Source: Camelus ferus
Taxonomy: Eukaryota
Assembly: GCF_009834535.1 (NCBI RefSeq)
Contig: NC_045697.1
Location: 10,790,001-10,854,000 of the forward strand
Direction of reading: 5' to 3'
Length of the DNA stretch: 64,000 nt
How positions within the stretch are numbered: position 1 is the first letter of the stretch; every line of letters begins with the position of its first letter. This document shows positions 24,880 to 36,930 of the stretch, in pieces. A program made the position numbers and the translations under genes. The notes below the pieces were generated by a model. The model saw only the letters and a list, made by a program, of their open reading frames with translations, ran no database searches and had not been told where the DNA came from.

Positions 24880-27010
24880 ATTTACAGAAAATAATTCCTC
24901 CCTCTTAAATGCACAGTTTGATGTGTTTTGAAATATCTATACAGTTATGTAATCACCAGCACACTCAGGATACAGTTTTGATTCCATTAACCCCGAAAGT
25001 CCCCTTATGTCCCTTTGCATTCAGTGTCCCCTACTTCCAGTCCCAGGAAACCACTGATCTGGTTTCTCTTAGTGTTACGGACAGCATGTCTGTGTGTCCC
25101 CAAAATGGATATGTTGAAATCCTAACCCCCAATAGGATGGTGTTAGGAGATGGGGCCTTTGGGAGATAATTAGATTATGAGGGTGGGGCTGACATGATGG
25201 GATTCGTGCCCTTATCAGTAAGCTCTCTGCTTTCCCTACCATGTGAGGATACGGGAGAAGTTGTGCTTCTGCAGGAAAAGGGCTCTCACCAGACACCAGA
25301 TCCGCCTGTGCCTTGACCTGGAATCGCCAGCCTCAAGACCTATGAGGAATAAATGTTTTGTTGTTTAAGTCTGTGGTAGTTTTGTTATAGCAGCCTGAGC
25401 TGAATAAGACACTTGGTATAGACTAGAGTTGCCTATTCTAGTACGGAATCACATATTAGTTTTGACTGTTTTTGTAAATGGTGATATACAATATTACTCT
25501 TTTACGTTTGACTTCTTTTCCTCAACAAAATATTTTTGAGATTCATCTATGTTGCTGCATGTATCAGTAGTTTGTTCCTTTTAACTTCCTAGTGGTATTT
25601 TATTGTATAAATATACCATCATCTCTTTTATCCAATCAGACCACATATTTGGGTTGTTTCCAATGTTTGTCTATTATGAATAAAGCTACTATGAACATAC
25701 ATTTTAATATTTGAGAGAGTGAAAACTCAGCAGTGAGATGCTAAGTATATATTTAACTGTATAAGAAATTGCTGAACTGTTTTCCACCAGTAATATTGCT
25801 TCATATCTTCTGTTGCCAGTCTTTTAAATTTTATCCACTCTAATAGATGTATAGTTGTATTTTAATTTGGCTTTACTTTTTTGCATTATCCTAATGACTA
25901 ATGATGTCACTTGTCTTTTCATGGGTTTATTGGGTATTCATATATCTTCATTTTTGTGAAGTGGCTGTTTAAACTTTTGACTTTTTTTTATCGGGTTTTT
26001 ATCTTTTTATTATTCAGCTGTAAGAATTTTTATATATTCTGAATTCAAGTACTTTCTCAGATCTATTCATTGCAAATTTTTTCTCCCAATCTGTGGCTTG
26101 TCCTTACATTTTCTTAATAGTGTCTTTTGAAGGCAAGTTTTTAATTTTGTTTAAGTCAAATTTGCCAATTTTTCTTTTATAGTGCATCCTTCTGTGTTCT
26201 ACCTAAGAAATCTTTGCCTATCTCCAAAGTTGTGAAGATCTTCTTTTATGCTTTTTTATAGATGTTTTTCTTTTATGTTTCCATCTCATCTGTTTTGAGC
26301 TAATTTTTATGTATGCTGTGAATTAAAAGTTGAGGTTAATTTTTTGTGTCTAGATACTCAGTTGTCCAGTACCATTTATTGAAAAGACTATTCCGATTGA
26401 TTTATCTTGGCATTTCAGCAAAAACCAACGGACTGTATAAGTTTGCTTCTATTTCTCAACTCTTTATTCTGTTCTGTTGATTTATGTCAATCTTTGCACA
26501 GATATCACACTGTCTTGGTTACTGAAGCTTTAGAGTTAGTTTTTGACATTAGGCAGTGTAAGTTCTGTAACTTTGTTTTTTCATTTCAAAATAGTTTTGG
26601 TGATTCTAAGTCATTTAGATTTACCAAAAAACTGTGGAATTGGCTCATAAATCTTTAGAAAAACTGCCTGCTGCAATTTTGATTGGGTAGAATTGACGTC
26701 TTAACAATATTGAGTCTTTTAATCTGTGAATATGACTCTCCATTAATTTAGTTCTCCTTTAATTTCTCCCATCAATATTTTGTATTTTTCAAGGAACATA
26801 TCATACATGTATAGTCAAATTTGTCATTAACTAGTTTGTATTTTTTGATGCTATCATAAGTGGCTTATTTTTGAAGTTTGTTTCTGCGTGTTTGTTGCTA
26901 ATATATAGAAATACAATTTGTATATTGGCCTTGTATCTACGTTAACTCCATTTCTTAATTCTATCAGTTTTTGTTATGTTTTAGATTCCTTAGGGTTCTC
27001 TATGTATGAT
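24880..27010 (-). mobile_element. Old L1 (L1MB/MC/MD-like) 3' UTR and ORF2 C-terminal part, interrupted by an MLT1A LTR
   Basis: ttgagattcatctatgttgctgcatgtatcagtagtttgttcctttt, ttttctcccaatctgtggcttg, agtaccatttattgaaaagact, aattgacgtcttaacaatattgagtctt: all reversed L1 motifs; many stops and indels. Confidence 0.8.
25073..25411 (+). mobile_element. MLT1A-like (MaLR) solo LTR nested in L1
   Basis: TG...CA ends; atatgttgaaatcctaacccccaa...ggggcctttgggag...aataaatgtttt...ttgttatagcagcctgagc. 5-bp TSD cttag (25068-25072) / cttgg (25412-25416). Confidence 0.85.
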
Positions 27011-27509
27011 TCCCTTTAAAATCAGCTCCATATCCCTGAATGCTTTCCTTAGAAAGCTGGACTACAATCCTACTTCTTTGAATTTGTTGTCTCTCTGTGT
27101 CTGGACCCTTCTAGGTTCTTCTAGGTTCTGACCTCACCAGCTTCTCTGATCTTGGAGTCTCTCATTGTCTTGGTGGGAATGCCTTACGCTCACTCCAGCT
27201 CCAGTGCTAGCTTCAAGAATCCTAACTTCAAAAATCCTAACTTCCTGAACACTTCTGGAATGGGGGATCGTTCCACATTCCTTAGGATCATCACCTATAA
27301 AAAACATGGAATGTGGAGATGCTTATGAGACAGAATCAGAGCAATTAAAGAAGAAAATAATCACTGGAGAGAGACAAGCACTGTTCATCGAGCACCGTTC
27401 ACGAGGAGTTTTACCAGTGCGCAGTGAAGTGGCATTAAAACGTGGTGTGGACAGAACCAGCTGTGGTCAAATTATGCAACGTAACAGACTAGCACAAGTG
27501 CTCAGTGCA

Positions 27510-27840
27510 ATCTGTATTTGGGGTAACTGGCGATGGCTAGTGCAGCTGGGGAGGTGCAGCTCTACTCCATCTGTTTCTTGTCTTCCAACAGGCCAGCCTG
27601 GGCATGTTCTCATGGTGATGACAGAGGCACAGGAGAGAGCAAACCCCAGTTGAAATCTCATTTCAAGCCTGTGTGTCTGTCATGGCTGCTCATATCCACT
27701 GGCAAAGCTAAGGGTTAAGGGCAAGTCCAAGGTCAAGGAATGCAGCAATGTACCCACTGTGGGAGGGCACTTAGGAGCCACATGGCAATGGATGTGGGTG
27801 CAGGGACATGTTAATAATGGGGCCAAAGGAATCTACTGCA
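27510..27840 (-). mobile_element. MLT1-type (MaLR) LTR fragment
   Basis: caggccagcctgggcatgttctcatggtgatgacagaggcacaggagag...atttcaagcct...ggcaagtccaaggtcaagg. Confidence 0.6.
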
Positions 27841-28258
27841 TTGCAGAAACTCACTGAGTATTATTTGTATAATTTGTATGCTCCAGTTAGGGGCTGAATA
27901 AACCACATGCCATTCTCAGTTGATGATATACGTTCAGATAACTTTAAAAAATCAGGAGCACATAATGCTTCTTTAATGAAGTTCTGATTTATCCAATTCG
28001 AATGTTATTTTAAATACCTGGAATTGGTAAGCACTTGATGACTGTTACTTACCATTTTGGTACCTGGAGCCAAAAAACCAACTACCTTCCGCAGAGACTT
28101 CAGAGTAGTTAAATAAATCTGTAAGTGAAGTACTTAGGGCAGTGTTTGTCTTTTGGTCAGTAAGTGTTGGTTATTTATATTCTTATTACGTACCAAAACC
28201 TAAATCTTATCATGACACTTCCCTGCTAAGCTTCCCTGTGGCTCCATCTTGCCCGAAA

Positions 28259-28440
28259 CTCTGGTTCTCAATCTTCAGTTCGCCTCAGAATCAGCTGGAC
28301 AGCTTGATAAACACGCACAGTTCTGCATTCCATTCCTATAGGCTCTGATACAGTGGGTCTGGGATGGGGTCCAGAAATCTTTACTTCTACAAGTTCACAG
28401 ATCATCCGGATGCAAGTCGTACTTGCATCACACTGGAAGG
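28259..28440. mobile_element. MER5A-like hAT DNA transposon
   Basis: tggttctcaatctt...cagaatcagctgga...ctgatacagtgggtctgggatggggtccagaaatc. Confidence 0.7.
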
Positions 28441-28714
28441 CACATGGACCCACAGGATAAAAATCCATGCTCTTTAGCATTGCAAGCAAGCCCCTCTTCT
28501 GAAGCCTTATTTCCAACCACAGGAAGCATTAACATTTAGTAAATGAATGAAAGGTCATTATGCCATGGCTATTCTTTGTTTTCTGAAAAGGCTGTCTTTC
28601 AAGTTATCTTGAGCAAATGAGGACCTTCTGCATTTTAAGCATCCCTAGGAAAAAGCACATTATCTTTCTTTTTTTTTTCTCTCTTGTTTACGTATATAAA
28701 TCTCATCAGTTTGC

Positions 28715-29030
28715 CCTTTTCCCCTCTAAGCTGTTTGCATCACAGAAAACTACATTTCCCAGGCTCCCTTGCCCTCTGAGTTCCTGAAGTTTTGGCCAAT
28801 GGGAAACCTTGGTGGAAACTGGAGGATGGGAAGGGGAGAGTACCAGGCATTTCTCTTCCTTTTCTTCAGCACCCCCCACCCCCAAATGTGGCAGCTCTGC
28901 CACCTGCTGTGTCTCCTCTGTGGTCCCAGCTCTTACCAGGAGGTTCCCACCGTGTTTCCCACCATCTGGACTCAGTAAACCACATCATCTCAGTGCTCCC
29001 CAGGCCTGAGTGCTGGGACTGACTCTTGCT
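28715..29030 (+). mobile_element. LTR33-like (ERVL) LTR fragment
   Basis: aactacatttcccaggctcccttgccctctgagttcctg...tggccaatgggaaac...ggcatttctc. Confidence 0.5.
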
Positions 29031-29038
29031 ATCCATAA

Positions 29039-29433
29039 TATGATGGTCAGTTTTATGTGTCAGAAAGGCTATATTATAGTACTTTGTTATTCATCAAACA
29101 CTCATCTGGGCATTGTGAACATATTTTATAGATGTGATAAAAATCTGCAATCACTTGACTTTAAGTGAACATCTAAGAAGAGGATTATCAATAATTTGGG
29201 TGGGCCTGATCCAAGGCCGTTCAGTTGAAAGGTCTTGAGAACAGAACTGAAGTTTCCCTGAGGAAGAACTGATGTCTCGCCCTTGGAACTGTGGACTGCA
29301 GCCTCACCTCCTGCCCGGGAGTCCCCAGGCTACGCTTTTTGGCTTTTTGACAGCCTGCCTTATGGATTTCTGGATTTGCCTAGCCAACCTCCACAATCAC
29401 ATAAGCTAACTTTTTACAATACATAATATGTAT

Positions 29434-29471
<38 letters not shown>

Positions 29472-29518
29472 CCTCCATCATGCTGGTCCTGCTTCTCTGG
29501 TAGAACCCTGATGATACA
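29039..29518 (+). mobile_element. MLT2-type (ERVL) solo LTR
   Basis: tgatggtcagttttatgtgtca...ttgactttaagt...tttgcctagcc...cacaatcacataagc...(CTAT)n...tctctggtagaaccctgatgataca. Confidence 0.8.
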
Positions 29519-29632
29519 GATCATCTCTGGGTTATCCTTCCAACCTCCGAGCCCTCATGGGTATAGCATATTTGAAAGAAGCTCTTTGAAGGACATCATT
29601 TAGAGACTATGCCAATATTACCTTAAAAATTG

Positions 29633-31075
29633 GAACAGAATAGACAGCCCAGTAATAAACCCACATGTGTATAGTCAATTAATCTCTGACAAAGGAAGTA
29701 AGAATATACAATGGAGAAAAGAGTCTCTTTAATAAGTAGTGCTGGGAAAACTGGACAGTTACATGTAAAAGAATGAAATTAGAACATTTTCTCACACCAC
29801 ACGCAAAGATAAACTTAAAATGGATTAAAGACCTAAATCTAAGACCAGAAACCATAAAACCCCTGGAAGAAAACATAGGCAGAACATTCTTTGACTTATA
29901 TTGTAGCAATATTTTTTTGGAATCTGTCTCTCAAAGCAAAGGCAATAAAGGCAAAAATAAACAAATTGGACCTAATTAAGCTGAAAAGCTTTTGCACGGT
30001 AAAGGAAACCATCAACAAAATGAAAAGGCAGCCTACTGAATAGGACAAAGTATTTGCTAATGATATGAAAAATAAGGGGCTAATATCCAAAATATAAAAA
30101 CCGCTCATACAACTCAACATCAAGAAGACAAACAACCTGATTTAAAAATGGTCAGAAGACCTGAGTAGATATTTTTCCAAAGAAGACAAATAGATGGCCA
30201 ATAAGTACATGAAAAGATGCTCTACATTGCTTATCATCAGGGAAATGAAAATTAAAACCACAATGAGGTATCAACTCCCACCTGTCAAAATGGCTGTTAT
30301 CAAAAAGAATACAAATAACAAATGTTGGTGAGGATGTGGAAAAAAGGGAACCCTGGTACACTGTTAGTGGTCATGTGAATTGGTGCAGCCACTGTGGAAA
30401 ATAGTATGATTTCTCAGAAAACTAAAAATAGAACTACCATAGAACCCAGCAATTTCATTCCTGGGTATCTATCCCCACCAAAAGCACTAATTTGAAAAGA
30501 TACACGCACCCTAATGTTCATAGCAGCGTATTTACAACAGCCTAAGTGTCCATCAACAAATGAATGGATAAAGAAGATGTGGCATATATGTATATGTATA
30601 TGTACATGTATACATATATATAATGAAATATATTCAGCCATAAAAAAGAATGAAATCTTGCCATTTACAACAACATGGATGGACCTAGAAGGTATTATGT
30701 CAAGTGAAATAATTCAGACAGAAAAAGACAGATATGACAAATACTGTATGACATTACTTCTATGTTGAATCAAAAAAATAAAACAAAATAGTATAAAATC
30801 ACAAAAAGGAAACAGATGCACAGATATAGAGAACAAACTAATGGTTACCAGTGGAAAGAGGGAAGAGGGAAGGGGCAAGATAGGGGTAGAGGATTAAGAG
30901 GTACAAACTATTTTGTATAAAATAAATAAGCTACAAGGGTATATTGTACAACACAGGGAATATGGCCAACATTTCATAATACCTATAAATGGAGTATAAC
31001 CTTTAAAAATTGTGAATCAGTATATTGAAAGCCTATATCTTACATAATATTGTACATCAACTATATCTCAATAAA
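29633..31075 (+). mobile_element. 5'-truncated L1 (ORF2 C-terminus plus 3' UTR), ~1.45 kb, degenerate
   Basis: ORF track fragments are L1 ORF2-like ([62 protein letters not shown]). Frameshifts and stops present. AATAAA end and short TSD aaaaattg (29625-29632 / 31073-31080). Confidence 0.95.
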
Positions 31076-31149
31076 AATTGATGTGTGTATATAATTAATG
31101 GGTGAGGAGAATTTTATGATCTATAAAGTACTAACACAAGTTATACCAT

Positions 31150-31330
31150 GCAACCATCTCTCCCTATTTATATCCCAGTGAGCTGCATATTATAACTCTG
31201 AATTTCAGGGAAGGCACTGAATCTCAGTGAGGTCAAACAATTTGACCCATGTCATACATCTAGGAGATGGAGGTGTTGTGGTTGGAGCCCCGGTCTTTGA
31301 CACCAAACTGTGTACAATTCCAACACATCT
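31150..31330 (-). mobile_element. MIR SINE fragment
   Basis: cactgaatctcagtgaggtcaaacaatttgacccatgtcatacatctagg. Confidence 0.55.
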
Positions 31331-31389
31331 TGTAACCACACGAATGCTAGTCACATGAACGACCCCAGAGGTGGGTATTTGAGAACACA

Positions 31390-31570
31390 AACTATCTGTG
31401 TGACTGGTGGCAACTTATTTACATTATCTGTGTTTGGTCTTCATGTCTATAAAATAATAGTAGCATCTACTTCACAAGTAGATCTTGAGGACTAGAGGAA
31501 ACAATGTGTATAAAGAGCTAGAAAAATACTTGGCAGGGGCACGTAATAATTTCACAAAAGTTAGTTCTTG
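31390..31570 (+). mobile_element. MIR SINE fragment
   Basis: ctatctgtgtgact...ctataaaataatagtagcatctacttcacaag...tgaggacta...aatgtgtataaag. Confidence 0.5.
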
Positions 31571-31630
31571 TAACTGTAGCAATATTTGTGATTTGAGTCT
31601 ATAAGTCATTTGCATTAAAATATGCTTGAT

Positions 31631-32072
31631 ATAATACCATTTGCCGTAACAATGATGGACCTGGAGATTGTCATTCTAAGTGAAATAAGACAGAAACAGA
31701 AAGAAAAATACCATATGATATCACTCATATGTGGAATGTAAAAAAAAAAAAAAAAGACGAACTTATTTACAAAACAGAAACAGACTCACAGACATAGAAA
31801 ACAAACTTATGGTTAACAGGAGGGAAAGGGGTGGGAAGGGATAAATTGGGAGTTTGAGATTTGCAGATACTAATATATATAAAATAGATAAACAACAAGT
31901 TCATACTGTATAGCACAGGGAACTATATTCAATATCTTGTAGTAACTTATGGTGAAAAAGAATATGAAAATGAATATATGTACTTCCTATGTGACTGAAG
32001 TATTGTGCTGTATACCAGAAATTGACACAACATTACTTCAATAAAAATATATATAAAAAGTTAAAAAAACAG
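31631..32072 (+). mobile_element. Young 5'-truncated L1 3' UTR
   Basis: atggacctggagattgtcattctaagtgaaataagacag...acagactcacagacatagaaaacaaacttatggtta...cttcaataaaa. Perfect 13-bp TSD aaatatgcttgat (31618-31630 / 32073-32085). Confidence 0.92.
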
Positions 32073-33254
32073 AAATATGCTTGATGAATGAACGATTTTT
32101 AGCTTTGTGTGGTTAGTGGGATGGTAGTTGTCCATGAACAAAATTTAGAAACCTTTAGAGCCATCTTACATTGCTCCAATATCCAAGGACATCAGCAGTG
32201 AACTCATTTTATTTTGATAGCATTTTACAAAAGGATCAGTCTGTGACGACTTGGGGAAGGAGGTTTCTTCCCCATGGATAGTTTGAGGAGCTGTGGTGCA
32301 GGGAAGCACATGCTCTCATCTCGGGAACCCCAAAGACTGAGGCCACCAAAGTCAAGAGGGAAGGGAGAAGTAGCAGTGGTGAGCCACGAGCCACATGACA
32401 GGCACTGGAGAGGCACGGGGGTCTGGTTTAAAGCAGGGGCACAAACTGAAACTGATGTCAGTCAAGGGGCCTGGGTCTAAAAAAAGTCCGTTTCATTTTG
32501 ATATGAAAACTGCAGGGACATTTTTCTTGTTGTTCTCAAACTATATGGCCTTTCATTGTCTCAACTTTTGATAGAAATGTGTCATAGAGATGTTTCAATT
32601 TCCTTTCCATTCTGAAAGAATAGAATTTCTGGAGAAAGCTGGATTTTTGTATGAAATATGAAATTTGTATTCAAATATGAATATAGGCGAAACTTCATAC
32701 ACTCGCGCGCACACACACACACACACTTCTGGCCAGGAAAATCACGTTCAGCCCCTCAATCTGTAGAATGCCTGTTTGCTACACATGGCCTTAAATTTCT
32801 CAGTTGCCTTAAATTTCTCATTAGCACTGGAATGTTCCCTTAGAGTTAAAATGTCGATTTTCTTTTCTAGATCATTAATTGCCAAATCAATGTCAAGATC
32901 TGACTTTGAGAAAAGCTTCATTATCACTGGCTTTTGGTGTCTATTGACAGCTCTCTTGGCTTAGAGGTGCGTTTTCATCTCCTTTAGTTAAATATTAATG
33001 GAGGAAAGATGTCTCAGAGAAACCAACCCTTTTCTCCGTCATTCTTTAGTCTCAAGAATTTTTACCTGAATTGGAATATGTGAGTGTGTAGAATTCAGTA
33101 ATGCCTCTACTGGATCCACCGTCCTTTAAGGTTAAGCTGAAAAAGGACTGAAGTTCTTTCTGTTGTTTTAGAATCTTTGTGAGGCTGACATTTGTTATTA
33201 AAGTAGCTTTGCAGTTTTCTTTATTACCGTGTAATATCATTATTTGTTATTACA

Positions 33255-33270
33255 TGCTGCCACCTAGTGA
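33255..33270 (-). promoter_or_regulatory. Candidate CTCF site
   Basis: Minus strand reads TCACTAGGTGGCAGCA, one mismatch from the CCACTAGGTGGCAGCA form of the core motif. Motif only. Confidence 0.4.
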
Positions 33271-34401
33271 AATAGGAGAAGGGCTGTGCTGGGGATTTCA
33301 GATTTTGTGCTTTTTGTATCTGAATTTTAGTAAGTATTGTGATTCCCAAATTATGTAACACTTTAGAGTGGAAGCATTGGTATAGACTAGACGTCCTAGA
33401 AAATGGGGTCCATATAGCATGTATGTTCCTAGTCTTTTTTTTTTTTTTTTAACAGATAGACAGTTATTTGTTAGATTCTTGGAGGATTAAAATGAATTTC
33501 AAAAGCGTGTTCACGTGTTTTATCCTTATATATAGCTTGCTTTGTTTTGAAAATTGTCATGTTTCTTTTTTTAGAGAATTGGAAGTTCACAGAAGAGGAG
33601 AATTTCTGGGAAAACAAGTCATCGTTAGTTTGAGTGTTTGTTTAAAGAAAATTGTTCCTGCTCTGCCAGGCTCCACCCTAGTAAATATTTTTTTCATATG
33701 AATGCCTCTCCCATCACTCCCCTTCATGGTACCGTCTTGTTTCCGGTTCTGGGGATTTGTTTGCTTAATTTCTCAGCAAAGCATTTAACATTTGAAATTT
33801 CCAATACATTAAAATAGGTCACCTATTGCAGTAAGACTCAGATTCATAGCATTCCCTTTGCTAGAAATGACTTCAGACTTTAAAAAATGTACCTCCTGCT
33901 ATTTATAGAAAAAACATACACCCAGCTGGGCCATGTGGTTTTTCTCTGATCTCAGAGCTTCTTCCTGGCAGAGCTGACAAGAGGCTCAAGTGTCTTGATG
34001 GCCATCGAGTGTCCTAGACACTCAGAAGTGCTCCTTGTCCTGGTAGAAGAGCTCGATAGGGCTGAGCTGGGATGGAGAGGAGGGGCCATTCAGTAGCCGG
34101 ACAGGAGGATCTGGTCAGAAGAGGGAACCTCAGCTCTGGAGTGCATGGCATGGTCTGCAGCCAGGGAAGACGTGTTTATCAACAAACTGTCATTCACCCA
34201 GCCTGTGGGGCCTCACTCATCCCTGTCCAGGTCACACAGGGCAAGGAGAGATGAGACTGACGTTACTGGGAGTGTGTCTACCCTCCCTCAGAGGGATGCT
34301 CAGCTCCCGAGCTGGCAGCTTGCCTGAATGGGGGTGAGCCCACACGCCCCTCTGTGACTCCCTAAAGACACTTTTCTATCTGAGGAAGAAGGGAAAAAAG
34401 C

Positions 34402-34520
34402 TATTATAATAATATTATTATAGTATTGCTAGTTATTAACTACTACTAATTAATTATTAATTAGTCTAATTATTATTATTAATTATTAATATTAGCTTAA
34501 TTTTATATTAAGAATTAGTA
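34402..34520. repeat. AT-rich low-complexity tract (degenerate ATT/TAAT)
   Basis: Read directly. Confidence 0.8.
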
Positions 34521-34769
34521 CTATCTTTTTCAAAGGAGTAACATCAATGTTAGAGGTAAAGGAGGTCAGCACATAATCCACCAGGAAACTAGACCAGTTC
34601 TGAGCTCATCTGCAACTAACAGCACTGTTTTCAAAATATTTGAATAAACTTTGAAAGCATTTTAAGGAAGTATGGGTGTATTTCTACTAATGGTAAGAAA
34701 GCTTAACCATATCTTTCTCAGAATCTGCTAAATAAGGTAGGAAGTATTTTTTTAAAAAAAGATTAAGAA

Positions 34770-36060
34770 AATTTAAACCATACAACAAAATGGGCATTCT
34801 AGAACCACTTTGTTCTCATCAATTAAAGAATAAATTATATAAAGAGCCACAAAAAAGACTCAGCAAACACCTGGAAACAAATATACTATAGATCATGTTG
34901 CCCTATTAAACTACAATCAAACTAGCAATACTACAAAACAATCCCCATAGTTTTAAAAATTAAAAAAAAAACATAGTGGTCAATAAACAAAATATATCTT
35001 AAAAAGAAATTATGATAAAAGTTACAAAATACTTAGAACTGAATAACAATAGAAACACTACAAATAAAGATAATGGGGTTTAGTGATTGCAATACTTTAA
35101 ATTTATGGAGTTAATACATTATTAGAGGAAAGAAAATGTAAAATTACAAAAAATTTATTGAATTCAAGAAGTTAGAAAAAGAATGAAAAAGTAAACTCAA
35201 AGCAAGAGAAACAGGCAGTACCTAAAGAGCAGAAATAAATTAAATAGGAAGCAAGAAATGATAGACAGCAAACATTAAAATGAGTTCTTTGAAAAGACAA
35301 ACAGAAAAACTTTCGGCAATGGTGATTGATATTAATATCTAAAGTAAATAATATTTATTATTAGGAATGAAAAAAAGAATCATAGTGACAGATTCAGAAG
35401 AGATTACAAATATTTAGAAGAGAATATTGTGAACAATTTTATGCCAGTAAATTTGGAAATAGTTGATTAAGCTTGTAGAAAAATGAAGAGTACCGAAAAT
35501 GACTGAAGAAGACACAGAAAATCTGAAAAGTCCTCTGAATGTTGAAGAAATTTAATCACTGTTCAAAAATATATACACCCACTCACACTCTCCATCACTC
35601 ACCTGGATCAGTTTTCAAGACTGTCAATCAGATCACGAAGGAGGTCTCTCCACTAGCTTATGCAAGCTGTTCCAGTGATTGAGGAAGACAGAAAGCTCCT
35701 AAGTTCCTTTTATGAAGCTGGTATTCCCTCAAAACAAAACACAGACAATAGGAGAAATAAAAATATAGGCCAACTTTCTTTAAGAATATATATTTTCGGA
35801 GGAAGGTATAACTCAAGTGATAGAGCACATGCTTAGCATGCGCAAGATCCTGGGTTCAAGCCCCAGTATCTCTAAAAATAAATAAGCCTAGTTACCTCCC
35901 CCCCAAAATAAAAAATAATTAAGTAATATAATAAAGAAATAAAAGATTAAAAAAAGAATATACATTTTCAAAACTTGAAATAAAGCATTAATGCATGTAA
36001 TTCAGTATTGTATACATGCCAACAAATTTAGTAGTTAAGGAAGGAGAAAGTATAAAATGC
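34770..36060 (+). mobile_element. Old L1 ORF2 fragment (L1M-type), interrupted by a Vic-1 SINE
   Basis: A-rich strand with L1 ORF2 motifs: aagaagttagaaaaagaa, agagcagaaataaat, gttctttgaaaaga, tgaacaattttatgccagtaaatttggaa, ttttatgaagctggtatt. Confidence 0.75.
35798..35953 (+). mobile_element. Vic-1-type camelid SINE (tRNA-Ala derived)
   Basis: ggaggaaggtataactcaagtgatagagcacatgcttagcatgc...ctgggttcaagccccagta, then aaataagcctagttacctcccc and an A-rich tail. TSD aagaatatatattttc (35782-35797) / aagaatatacattttc (35954-35969). Confidence 0.88.
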
Positions 36061-36624
36061 TGGGAAATAAAAACCACTAATTTATACCAGCCTAAATTTA
36101 GCAACATTGCTGAAGATATGATCACTGAGACAGATTTCTTGTTACTATCTTCTCCTCCTTCTCCTCCTCTTAGGAAGCTTTTTATTCCTAAAGTTTATTA
36201 ATCTTGAATTTGTCCTGTTCATCTTTTTACTGTCATAGGGGATGGATCTCCCGTTCATTCATTCATTCAGTCTTTCATTCAACAAAGTTTTCTCCTAAGT
36301 TCTAGGCAATGTGCTGGCTCTGAATAGCTTCCCGCATCCTCTCCAACAAGTGGAACCTCCCCGTTTTTTATGATTCAACTCAAATGTCAAATTTTACCAA
36401 TACGAAGGAGATTAAAAGTGGGTAAGAGGCATTATTTTCCATCCATGAACTTCCCAGTAATGGGAGAGCAGCGAGGGACAAGTCAAATTTTAAAAATATT
36501 ACAGTAAAAAAGGAAAGTAAAGGAGTCCTAATAAGAGAAATACACAATCCTTCAAGGCTGAGAGAATGTCGAAGATTTACTTTGAACATTTTTGCATTTT
36601 TTTTTGTATTATTTTAAAAACTCA

Positions 36625-36930
36625 AAAGGTACAGATTTTATGTACAAACCAAAAATAGACTCATGAACACAGAAAACAAACTGTGGTTACCAGGGGGGAA
36701 AGTGGTGGGGTACAGATTAGGAGTTTGGGATTAATGGATACACATTACTATATATAAAATAGATAAAGAGTCTACTGTGCAGCACAGGGAACTATATTCA
36801 ATTTCTTGTAATGAGCTATAATGGAAAAGAATCCGAAAAAAAAATATATGTTATGTACAACTGAATCACTTTGCTGTACACCTGAAACTAACATTGTAAA
36901 TTGACTACACTTCAATAAAAAATAAGAATT
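36625..36930 (+). mobile_element. 5'-truncated L1 3' end, apparently inside an older L1-like fragment
   Basis: agactcatgaacacagaaaacaaactgtggttaccagg...ctgaatcactttgctgtacacctgaaactaac...cttcaataaaa. Confidence 0.85.

Noticed and set aside
27306..27653. 115-aa ORF with a plausible ATG and a protein-like N-terminus
   Set aside because: I recognise no homolog, its 3' third reads into an MLT1 LTR, and there is no tail or TSD to suggest a processed pseudogene.
23037..29518. Two MLT2 LTRs 5.5 kb apart as a possible provirus
   Set aside because: They are in opposite orientations and the sequence between them is L1, MLT1 and MER5A, not ERVL internal sequence.
29773..30768. ORFs with clear protein homology
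   Set aside because: They are broken L1 ORF2 C-terminal fragments of a 5'-truncated element, not a host gene.
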